Shown here: positions 49,760 through 61,374 of the stretch, in pieces
Position numbering within the stretch: position 1 is the stretch's first letter
Layout: each line of letters begins with the position of its first letter
Assembly: GCA_973895155.1 (NCBI GenBank)
Contig: OZ316891.1
Location: forward strand, 25,109,899 to 25,173,898
Direction of reading: 5' to 3'
Source: Marsupella aquatica
Taxonomy: Eukaryota > Plantae > Marchantiophyta
Length of the DNA: 64,000 bases
The notes under the pieces: generated by a model
Told to the model about the DNA's origin: nothing
What the model saw: only the letters and a program-made list of their open reading frames with translations
Databases searched by the model: none
Made by a program: the position numbers and the translations under genes

Positions 49760-52700
49760 CTATTATAAGCCATTCAAGTTCTGCCTCTCCAAGACAAGCC
49801 TGACTTCGCCCACAGTCAAAATTGGTTGGCTACAAAGAGTCAACTCCTCAACCTCAAGTTTGAAAACATTTATGTACACCCAGTATAGATGTTTACAAGG
49901 CATGTACAACTTGCCACACGAATGTCGTTGGAAGAAGTCCTCACAAGAGCAAGCAGGGAAGATACAGATTTGGACAAAGTACGTGCTTGGTGATCGAAGG
50001 TTCTCATGGATTCAAATTCGAAATTGCTTTCCAAAAGCATTTCCAGTCAGAACATTCCATTCCCCATCCAAACTCATCTCTTCTTGTCGTGCAGACTCCA
50101 TTTGCTTAGTGTGACCCACAGTGAGATTAGACCGAGGTCTTGAGTTCCTCCCGTTCCGACTACCCAGCAGGACATTTGGCTCCAAAAACCTTATTGTTTC
50201 TAGGAACACGTTGACATTTATCCTGAGGTCAAACAAAGATGGCGCAGATCGACTCGATCCTGTTGTTCGGGCTAAGACAAGTCCTTGCTCTTCAAGGAAC
50301 GTAATTTCAGAAGGAGATAGGCTCGTACCCTTCAAAATAGGCAATATTTCAGGAAGAGGAGGAAGCTGATGAACACCACGACGCGGACGACTCTTATAAC
50401 ATGTTTGGTTTGGGCAGAACCAAATCATTTCGGAGATGGGTTCGCCCCTGAAGAGACAATGGCCCTTCACGACAATTCCAACAACACCGTCAGACAAATG
50501 GAAGCCAACCTTCTTGATACGATTTTGACACTCATCGCGATCAGAACTCCCATTGAGTGTCCCATTACACTGGGGACCTACTCCATACTTGGACGTCCGT
50601 CACAACTGCCACTGCCCAGAGGGACATCCTTCTCTAGCACAATCGTGCGTGGAAGTGGATTCTGAAGTGAGGCTGGGGCACTGAGCGGAGGTTTTGTGGA
50701 TCTTGTTGTATGGGTTGTTTGAGGGGTATTGTCTAGTGAATCAGTATCACCGTCTGATGTGTCCATACCAGAGATATTCACCACTCTTGTCACAGGATCA
50801 TTAGAATTTGAGGGAATGGAGGCAAAGTCAGTTCTATTTAGGTTTTTCCTTTTCAAACCACGAGTATTTGGTGTGGTTATGAGAACGGTGTCATGCCGAT
50901 GGGAGTCTTGTGGAGAGACAATCCCACTTGCATGTCCCTTTCTCTTCATTAACTTGGTCACGATATCTCCGTTAAGGGGAGTACTTCTTTCCAAATCGAA
51001 GTCCGCCATGTTGGAAAGAAGCATGTTGGTCGTATCTTCAAATAACCTCGGCAAACTTGCTTGATCGGCGGAACGGAACGCCAATTCCCATATAGTTGGC
51101 CCCTTTCCTTTGTTCAACCCTTTCCAATATGCACTGTATCCTGCAGCTTGAGACAGGGCACGGTTTTGGTCAACATTGCATGCTTAAAAAAGACCAACTT
51201 TTTTCTTTGTAGCCCACACTTTCATCGACGCATGCCTTGATTCTGACCCTGTACAGTTGGGAATCAAGGCACCTTCTTTTGCGCTTTTGCTCTGCCATAG
51301 TCTGAATGCAATAATAAGTACAGGCATTGTATTACCAGCGCCAGGCGCTGGCACCAACAAGTATGTAAAACAGACGCAAAATACAATTTCAATTATAATT
51401 CTGGAACTTTGTGGGCATATTGGATTCAATGTATTGTATTCCTGGTTTTGACGTGTAAGATACAAGAAAATCATACTAGCGCCTGACGCTAATATAAAGT
51501 TGATGAAAATGAAAGACAATCTGAGAGGAGATGAATATCATACCACTCAAATAAAATTGCCCCACTGGTGCCAGCAAACAACCCACCAGGATATCCAGCT
51601 TTGTAGCATCATGAGCTTTCCAGGGACACAGTTTCCTGATTGCCACCAAACCATAATCTCTCAGGACACCCGATACGCTACCACAAACGTTGGAGCGTTT
51701 CTTAGTTTCTCCCAAAGTCTTCGATGTTCCGATTGACATTCTTTGAGTACTCCTTCCTTGGAATGTCAATGGAAAGATTGATAAAAGTGAAATGCATCAG
51801 AGCGCTGCCTCTCCGGGTCTGGGTGTCCACCAAAAAGAACATTACGCACAACATTCCATACCGCTTGTGCATTGTCCGCCATGAACCCTTGGATGACAAC
51901 CTCCTATAATCTATTTTCCTTGCAAACCTCAATCATAACTCTCCAAGCGTTTTCAAAAGACTCAGTGTCTTCACCTTTCAACTCGCATGTGAAAATTGTA
52001 CAAAGCGCACGGAAGTTATGGTCGTACACATGCGCGCTAAAAGTAAACCAATCGATTGTGAGATGCTGCATCACATCAAAACTCACCCAGGCTCCTTCGA
52101 GTCTTCCACCCAGTTGCATCTGTCTCAAAAGTTCCACATTGGAACCGTGACCCTTCGTGGTCATTTTAAAGATGTGAGGCCTATCGTCTTGACATCCTTG
52201 ACCCGGGAGAAAATACCTCTGGAGAAATGACAGGTTAATCCTCTTCTGCATTTGCGAGAGAAAATCTAATTCACCCGACCCTTTTGGTCTATCCTAACAC
52301 TCCGACAAAAAGATGCAAACTTCTGGGGAGTGGAAAGTACCATCAAAGACTTCCATATTTTAGTTTCTTTGATATCGACCATGTCGTCAACATGTTCGCA
52401 GAGAGCTTTCACTATGGACCCTATAGCAGAATTCAAGATCCCTACTGGTTTTGCCAGAGGATTGGCTTCATGATTTTTTTTAATTAAATCCTCGACCATC
52501 TTTTCCGCACTCCTACAAAAGGTTTTTCTACCTGGATGGTTATGCTCACCTATATGAATCGCCAGGCGGGACATATAACTACATGTTTTTGCATCAAGTA
52601 ATACTTGCGGGTACATATAGAACAAACGGGCAGGGCAATACTTGACACAAAAAGGAATCTGATCACAATAATGACACACAACACCGCCCTCTTTGATAAA

Positions 52701-53464
52701 AGATCCGACAACATACTGACCACTAAGCTTTGGAGTACCCTGCCATGCCTTAGCATTTGCCTTCTTCTTCCTTTGGAAGTACTCGCAGGACTTGTTCCGA
52801 CATTCAATAAATCCCGTACAGGTAACCTTACCGAATTGCCAAAGTTTTTTTTGGCTGAACGTTTGCGGTAGTTGGAAATATGCGTGTCCAAATGTAGCAA
52901 TCTTTGGCACGGTCCATGTCCCTAAGCCTAGAGCCTTTAGAGAGCATCTTGTCAATGGGTGGCGATTCAAACACAACGTTCCCATTGTACTTAGTTGGCA
53001 GACAGGAGACTTGCTCGTGTCTGAAATCACCCGCTGATATGAACCTCGATAACTCGCTATGACCAGTGGATTTGAGTAACGTATCCATTGCACTCTGCCA
53101 ATACACAACCTCCAATTGGTTGGAGCTTCCCGGAGTCTCACCTTTAACGACAGCATGTTGCGGGACTTTCATCTTCAACGTAGGACTTGGAGTGTGATCT
53201 CCATCTTCACTAGAAGAAATCTTGACAACATCAAATATAACTTGGGGACACTGGACAGTCCTTCATGTTGTCTTACTCGAAGTGAGTACAGAATCCCTGC
53301 GTATAGATGCCAAAACCGTTCACCATCATCCACATTGAACGTTGCAGCATCTTCGATGTCATCACTGGTTCAAGCTCTCAAACAATGCACTCAATATCAT
53401 TCATCTTCAAATCAAATCTCCTGCGAAGGTATCTCTCCCGGACCTGCTTGTACGTGTCTTCCAT
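49760..53464 (-). pseudogene. Second-family GCM-like/MULE/SWIM transposase, frameshifted
   Basis: Fragments collinear with 21214-25064: KVTCTGFIEC..GEHNHP, RPHIFKMTTKGHGS, WVSFDVMQH, DAFHF, ESRHASMK, WFCPNQTC and SWIM PACSCEDF..PCKHLYW. Intron at an equivalent position (~51300-51560). Confidence 0.85.
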
Positions 53465-53829
53465 AGGGACGGGGATGGTGACAATATCCCCAGTCCTGAA
53501 TCGGGATAGAAGTATGGACCAAGACATTGCAATCATAAACAAATACCGAGGGCTGTAATGTTTTGAGGAAGAAAAGTCTATGGGAATATGGAGCTTATAT
53601 CAGTTGAACCTGGGAACTTCACGTTAACCGATCTGGTTGTATAAGACATAAAACATAGACAACATAGGATCCGTTGGCACCATAAATGAATTTTGTCATT
53701 TTTCCCTGATAAGTCCGGATGTCAGACGCATACATACTGCCAAAAAAGACACCACAAAAAGCTTTAACCGACCCTAAGATATTCCATAGTCGGAACAATT
53801 TGAGTAGCGCCTGGCGCTAACTAAAATAC

Positions 53830-54384
53830 TGTGGTGCGTCCCATGGCTCCCTAAACCCAAGAAACCCCTCTGCACAAGCCGATTCCCGCAGGTTTCGCTC
53901 TTGGCGAGGCCAATTTTGCGGCTTAGCGGCATGGGACGTTGCTAACCTCCTTCTACTACTTTTACTATTAACATTTTTCTCACATATACTGGACAGATCC
54001 TTCATCGGGTCATGAGATACGTAGTCGGCCTCTTCTAGGCCTTCCCTTGTCCTCCTCTCTCGGTTTCCCTTTAGGTATGTTTGGATTCCGCCGCCGGAAT
54101 GATCCCCAACTGGTTTGGGTAAGCCGCTAAGACCTCTCTCAGCTCGTGTGGTGCGCCCCATGGCTCCCTAAACCCAAGAAACCCCCCAGCACAAGCCGAT
54201 TCCCGCAGGTTTCGCGCTTGGCGAGGCTGTTTTTGCGGCTTAGCGGCATGGGACGCTGCTAACCTCTTCCTCTACTACTATTAACATTTTACACACATAT
54301 ACTAGACAGATCCTTCATCGGGTCATGAGATACATAGCCAGCCTAATCTAGGCCTTCCCTTGTCTTCCCCTCCTTCTGGAGATA
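53830..54384 (-). mobile_element. End of another LTR with an internal ~230-bp direct duplication, interrupted by MULE copy 2
   Basis: Starts TGTGG. 53830-54060 is repeated at 54147-54370, and the TTCCGCCGCCGGAA hairpin shared with other LTRs lies at 54086-54099. Confidence 0.55.
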
Positions 54385-55227
54385 GGTAACATCATCAGCT
54401 ATCAGTGACTGATAACTGATATCAGTCACTGATATCAGTGAAGGGTCCATAGTGAGGGGATGTGGGCGAGGTCTCTGACATTGGCAAGGATATGTCGGCG
54501 TACTCGCCAACATCATAAAATCATTCAAGCGGACCCAATATGTCCTTTCCGTACACATTAATGCGACCAAATTAGAATGTCAGCGAGACCGCCGACTTGA
54601 TCTTTACTATAATTGTTTTGGAAACTTCATACATTGTCTCTCCTTGGTGGGTTAGGCGCTACGCTTGACTGTTTTGTGTTGGGAAAAGATCTCGGCGAGG
54701 GTCGCCAACTTCACAATGCTGCGTGCTCAAAACAAAGTTGTCTGCTCAAAACCGCAAAATGTGTCAGAGACCCTTGTCGAGTGTTGCATGGCATTGGCGA
54801 TCTGACGTACGTCCAGCAATCTGACGTACGCCAGCATATCTTGGAGAAGGCCGCCGAGATCTGGCCGAGTATCATCTCAGAGACCCTTGTCGAGTTTTGC
54901 ATGTCGGCGAGGTGGTCGACATTGGCGATCTGACATACATCCAGCGATTTGACGTACCCCAGTATATCTCGGAGAAGGCCGCCAAGATCTGACCAAGATT
55001 CATCTCAGAGACCCAAGCTGAGTTCTGCATGTCGGCGAGGTAGCCAACATTGAAAAAACACCGTGCCAAACATGTTTGTCGTGCAAATGTCAAGTAATTT
55101 ATTAATCACAAACTCGTACAAAATTTGTCCATGTTACAAAATCTGAACCAAAACTACCAGGGGTGAGGATAAATTCTTCTAAACTAAACCTAAACCAACA
55201 ATGGCGATCGACCTAAACCCTAAATGA

Positions 55228-55957
55228 TCAAATGTCATCACTATGAAGCCCGTACCCACTATCGGGATTGTTGCTCTCCCAACTTGCTACATCGTCACAC
55301 CACAACAATGTGTGTAGCCTGTTCTCCACCCATAGTTTGACCCTTCCAAGCTCATCCTCGTCAAAGAAACTGCCATACAGATCCCTCTCATATCTCTCTG
55401 TCCTCCAAACATAATATGCCACCCAAGACTTCAATGATATAGGTGACATCATTGCGAGGGCATCAATAGGAGGAATTTGATGCAAGAGGACTCGAAACGT
55501 GGACGCGGTTGAGTGTCGAGTCCAATGTCGATTTTCAGATATGTTTTCAACAATGTCCAACAGCACTTTTATGGCTGCCCATCCCTTTGAGTGAGTCATT
55601 AGGAATCTCCATTTCCTACTAACTCTTGACAATACATGCATGTTGTTGATTGCGTTGAATGTAGCATTATCATCTCTGCCATGAGCATTTGCACATTCAA
55701 ATCTGTTTCAAAGTAGAGGCCAAATGTGTCCCTCCATCAGATCATCCGGGAGGCCGGGGATGAGACTCTGCTTTTGGGCTTCCTGACTGCGCAATGGATA
55801 ATGCATAGGCTCCCCCCCAGAACTCCAAGGAGAACTCCATATTGACAACTTATCGGAAAGAGCTATCAATTTCAGCTCAGTAACAGTCATCCTGAACGTC
55901 TCAAGCCGTGCAGCGCACTTCTCATGATAACACCTCTGCGCATTGGATCCTTCCATG
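55228..55957 (-). pseudogene. F-box-like protein A, copy 2 (frameshift at ~55705)
   Basis: MEGSNAQRCYHEKCAARL...LIPGLPDDLMEGHIWPLL / LSRVSRKWRF...NNPDSGYGLHSDDI, closely similar to 18703-19413. Confidence 0.75.
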
Positions 55958-56585
55958 TTGAACAAGAGAATAGTGTCAAGTGGAGACCTCCATGATAAGG
56001 CAACCAAAGAGTGAATAGTGATATGGATGATTGACCTCACAAATTTTGCCCAAAACTTATGGTTTTATTGCTAGGAGCAGATTAACTAAAAAAACATTGT
56101 CTAAATATTATGGGACTGTTCGATATATTACGGGGTTCCTATCTGTTATCCATCTCAGAGAGGGTCTCTGAGATTTTGCGGATTGTGCCTGCCAATTTGT
56201 CAACACAATATAGTACACTTATCTCAGAGACTCTGGCCGACTTCACGAGGACAAAAGTGATGGTAAACGACCTCTCCAAGACTCATCTCAGAGACTCTCT
56301 CCAACATGAGAAGGACAATTGTGTACTGCCATGTATGTTGAAGAGGTCACTAACATAACGAGAACATTGCACTGAGATTCCGCTCAAAAAATTAAAACTT
56401 TTACTATTCAAATTTTTTTGTACAAAATTGTTCTAATTGGTCTATTACACAAAATTGGTCTAATTGTTCTAATTGGTCTATTACACTAATGCAGGCTGAT
56501 ATTTGACATGGCATTCAATGTGGGCAAACAACTTTCACATTGGTGCTCAGTCGATGCCGCTAAAAATTGTCACGATTAACAGGAA

Positions 56586-59500
56586 TGTGACGCCGCCGGT
56601 ACGGCAAGTAATGAGTAATTTGGTCTAAACCGTGCCTAGCACGCGCGTTAGGGGTATCTTAGGCCGCTATGATTAGCATAACGACAGTATTTAGGTAGCC
56701 ATTATGAGTAGGAAATCATTAGTCAATAAGGGGAATTCATGTTTGGGCTGGCGGCGCGTCCCCATTTGCACGCCCGGGTTACGAGCGTGGAGGGGCCCTT
56801 CCTCGGGTCCGTATAACGAACTTTGGGAGGCATCCGTTGACACGCGGTGACTCAGACCGGCGGAGTGGCCGGTACACTACAAGCGTGAACGGTTCAGCCT
56901 ATGGGCAGCGAGGAGATGACAGGGGATTGGCAAGCCCTCAAGGTATAAAGAGGGAACCGGCCCTTTGGAGTGCACCAGTCCATCAGTCCACGCGCCAGCT
57001 TCGATCCCAACTCTCTCGTTCTCTCTAAGTCGCCACTACTATCTTCTCTGAATGTTGCGCACAATCCTCTCCAGTTCGGCCATTCGATTCTGGACGCAGT
57101 TCCTATCTACCGGAAGGCACTTGGCCGACTCATTGAAACACGCCAACCCGTGCCGATACAAAATAGAACGCGAGTACGAGAGAGCCATCCGCCTAGCAGG
57201 ACAACACCACTACATCCTTAACTTTGACTACCCATCCCAAAGTGAGCTTTACCAACCAGCTGAGGTATCTGGGTACTTCTTCAACGGAGACAAATATATC
57301 GGGTTTTGGGAAGCATTGCTTTGGCTTCCGGACGAGGTCTTCAATATCCTGGGGACGATCGACTTGCAACAACATCACTTCGACCACATCCCTGCTCAGG
57401 TTCGGGCTATCATCAACATCAAGTCTAGTACTAACCGTTCGACAAGGTCGTCCGCACTTGTTTTGGAGAACTTCTACCAGCACCTGCAGAGCTTCATGGG
57501 AACTAGACCCGCAACCACCGGCGCCAGCCCGATGGACCCCATACCCGTACCCATACCAATGCAGACTCAGGGTCAGGCTCAGCCTCAACCTCAGCCTAGC
57601 CAACCCCCACCGCCAATCGCCCCGCCAGCAGTACAAGTACGCTCTGTTATCAACGCTGTGGACCTTAGCGACGACGACGAACCTACCCCACCCTTGATCA
57701 GGCGGCCAAGAGGAGCAAGCACTCGGGGGGCCGATACTACATAATCCCCTCCTCGGACCCACGGAGCGGCTCTAGCAGACAACACGGTGATCGTGGCCGC
57801 CCCGGGCCCATTACTAACGGCGGTAGCACTACCTGTGCCCGAAAAAGAGGATGGGGAGGTGTCACCATCCCCGAGCCAGCCACGGGGGAAGAAGAGGAAG
57901 GAACCCACCACTGCATCCGGGTTACCATTGGCCACGGTAGCCGTGGCCAAGGTGACAATGCACCACATGGGGGAAAATGTGCATAACAACATCCTCCATC
58001 CCAAGCATGCGGTGTACCTGAAGACTCAGGGATTTGAGCACCTCACCTCTCTCCCCTGGAACACTTGCAGGTACTACGGGGAGGACATGACAGAATTCGT
58101 CAAGAATTATGACGGCATACGTCAACAGACTCGGCTGCGGGGAAGGAATATGTCCCTCATGGAAGAACGGCTCAAGATGATCTTCGGACTACCCAAAGGT
58201 GACCATCAAGTCAAATCACGGGCTCCCGTGGGCAAGGGAGCCAAGTACCAATCCTCAAGTTTTCCTTCAGAGGGAGCAGTGGACAACGGGTTCGTGATGA
58301 GGACCTGCCTCATGCCCAAGATAGCTGAGCGGCTGGAGTTCCAAAGGTACGCTCTCCACATGATGGAACCCCGGGGGGAGATCTCCGCCGCCCAGGTTAT
58401 CCAGGTCGAGAACTATCGACCCAGGAGGTGGGCGTCGTACTTCGCTAAGAAATTCCATGAAGAGATGGAGCGGCGAAAGAAGACGCTATATATTGGCGGG
58501 AAGGTATATTTTGCTAGCCACATCGAGATCATTCTTGAGTGGTACGCTCAGTTTGATCGACGAACCCTTCCCCGTGTCAACGTTGCAAGGCTGGTCCCCG
58601 CTAGGTGGGTGTTCCCGGCCTTGGAGAGACGGCCCCAACCCAAGGCACGAAGTCCAATGGACACGCAGGCTTCACCCACCCCACCCCCGCAAGTAGCTAT
58701 AGTCGTGACCGAGGAGGTACCGGATGGGTCGGTTATCGCAACCGTAGATGCGATCCAACAGGCCGGGCTAAGTACAGAAGTCGGTACAACGGAGGTCTTA
58801 CTCGAGCCCGGGCCCCCCAATGACCCGGCGATGGCTATTCCGGAGAACCGGACATTGCAGTTGCAGGACACTCCAGCCCCTTCCAACGCGTCACCAAGGC
58901 TGGATGTCACTGCCCCGGCCCCCGCATGTTGACGTCTGCCCATGCCCAACTCCGGACAGGCACAACCTGGACCACCCAGAACTCTTCGTACCGGGCACAT
59001 TTCTGAATGGGCTTCTGGGAGATTTTTCTCATCAAATTGCCCGGGATATCGGGGAGTTCATGGCCCGGAAGGTAGCCTGTTTCTTCAATCAGGAGTTGGT
59101 TGCCGCAGTAAAAGCCGGTCGGGCCCTGTTGGAGGCCCTTCAGAGGATAGAGCGATACCGGGAGGAGTCCGTATACTTAAAGAACGAGGTTGCAGCTCAG
59201 GAGGCGGAGCTTCTGCAACTACGACCCAAGGTCGCAGCCGCCGACGAGTCGTTAGCAAAGGCGCACGCCCTTACCGCCCTAGCCGAGCAGGCCAAAGCAG
59301 GGAATGAGGCCGAGATTTCACGGCTCCGGTCCCAGATTGACAGTTTGAAGAAACAAACTGTCATCTGGCAGAAAGACTTGGAGGAGGCCGAAGAACAAGC
59401 CCAGCGGGACACTACGGAAATAGCCACGCTACAAGCCAAAGTAACGCGGCTTCAGACCAAAGCCAATAAGCAGGACCAATTGGTAGGCAAGCTGACGAGC

Positions 59501-60583
59501 GACGCCCAGCAGCTGGAGGAGGCATGCCAGGAGGCAGCGGAGGAGACGAACGCGGCAAAGCGAGAGAACGAATCTCTGCTAGACCAAGTCCAGCTCCTCA
59601 AGTCGGACAACAACAGGCTTCGCAGACAGCGGGAAGACCGCTCCCACTCGGGCGGCTCTGGCAAGCGTGCCAGACATTAGCGGTGGAGTAGGAATAGAAT
59701 AGGGTTAGGAGTAGCTAAAGTTAGGCTATTGGGACAGGCACCTACCTTAGTTACAGCAGCACTGCCGTGCTGTCTAGCCTGCGTAGATTAGGATCTTCTA
59801 ATAAGACACGGCCATTTTTTGGCCTGACGGTCAGATTAGTTAGGACCTAAGTCAGCGGATCTTCGGGCGGGAGGACACTCCGTTCCCCGGCCCTTAGTAT
59901 TTAGTGCACCCCTCGGTAGAAGCAAGGGGGGGGTTTTTAGTCTCAGAGTTGGACATCCATGGTATGTGCGGGGAGTCCCGACCTCTGGGAATGAAAGAGT
60001 ACCAAGGGGAGGGGGTAGGACTAAGCTCGTTGGGCGAGTGCGGAGCCGGGCTCCGTTGTAGTATACTCTCTCGGCCTTGAACCTATTCATTCCGGAGCTA
60101 TCAGGTCAACCAAGTGTACGCACATGTCCCCTATGTAGTAAAATCCTTTCCCATTATTTCCTTCGTGTAAATCGAGATTGTATGCTTGTGCGCGTGTATG
60201 TGTGTGTGTGAATCTCGTGTATAGGTGACAACGCCGGGCCGAACGCACTACCTGAGTCGTGCACGGGGTGCAGCCTATGGGTATGTGGTTGCGAGCACGG
60301 GTTGAGGACCTGTATCATAGAATCTGGATCGAAGGCGGACAACACGAAGGCTTAGAAGTCCTTAAACCGGGGTTGATCCTGTTATCGACTAAGGTATGTT
60401 CCGGCGGCGGAACACAAACCATACCTAGGAGATGTCCGTATCTAACAGTAGGCGCACTTAGCGCTAGTTTTCGTGAATTAGGTGCATGACGCGCTTCCCT
60501 CCCTGCTCGAACCCTCATTTTTACGAAGGAGATGCCCGTTTAAAGCTGAAGCCTGAGTTACGGCCAAGGCGGATGACGTGACA
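56586..60583 (+). mobile_element. Solo LTR (3998 bp) with a long internal ORF, inserted in F-box-like gene B copy 2
   Basis: TGTGACG...CGTGACA termini and 5-bp TSD AGGAA (56581-56585 / 60584-60588). Removing it restores the host C-terminus ...ERLDNGVPVNRDNF*. Confidence 0.92.
57052..59680 (+). pseudogene. LTR-encoded ~875-aa protein (one stop, one frameshift)
   Basis: 57052-57744 and 57787-58932 are in the same frame, with a shift to 58820-59680 (coiled coil). TATAAA at ~56944 upstream. Homologous along its length to 8676-10991. Confidence 0.8.
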
Positions 60584-61249
60584 AGGAACACCATTATCAA
60601 GTCTTTCTTGAACCTGTTCAATGTACCAGTTATCAACACGAGTCCTTTTCCAAGACTCTACTTGCGCTTGCTCAAGACCATATACGGAGAGGTAGCAATC
60701 CACTTCCTTTGAAGCACATAACAACCAAGAATCGATCCTTTCATTTAAGATACTATCAGACAACCGACTCCAAACATCGATCGGTGGGAACGCTCTCACT
60801 GAATCTCGAAAGAACAAAGGGGTCACTGTAGGCCATCTTACGCGACAAAATGCTATAGCTGTAGTCATTGCAGCCCATAGTATGGAGTTTGTTATCAAAT
60901 GTCTCCATTTCCTGTTGATATGAGCAACTGATCGCACCATCAGGAAGAGAGTCTTCACTGGATGATGACCATCCCAAACTGGATCCAAAACTGCAACACC
61001 TTCGAGCATTGACCAAATCCGGGGCCAGATGTGCAACTCCACAACCTCATCAGGCAACCTTGGAATCAAGTTACTCACTGGAGGGTGATATTGTAGGGGA
61101 TAACGAGGATTCCAAATGTGAGCACGGTCTTGTTCCTTACTAGCCAGAAGCGTCCGCAATTCCAATCTAAGCTTTTGTTGTGTCCTATCAATCAAAAGCT
61201 CACGTTCACCTGCGCCGCGATCCATAGTAAGTTTGTAACAAAATAACAT
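60584..61249 (-). pseudogene. F-box-like protein B, copy 2 (last codons displaced to ~56560-56585 by the LTR)
   Basis: LIPRLPDEVVELHIWPRI...VAHINRKWRHLITNS; strongly similar to 20202-20930. Confidence 0.8.
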
Positions 61250-61374
61250 GCCTAATCTGAGAGCGAGCGGATGGTCTACCCTCCTATTGTGACCCTATCC
61301 ATAGCAAACCCTAAACACTAAACTGACAAGAACAACGGATACATAATATCGGTCACATAAAACGGTCATTTATC

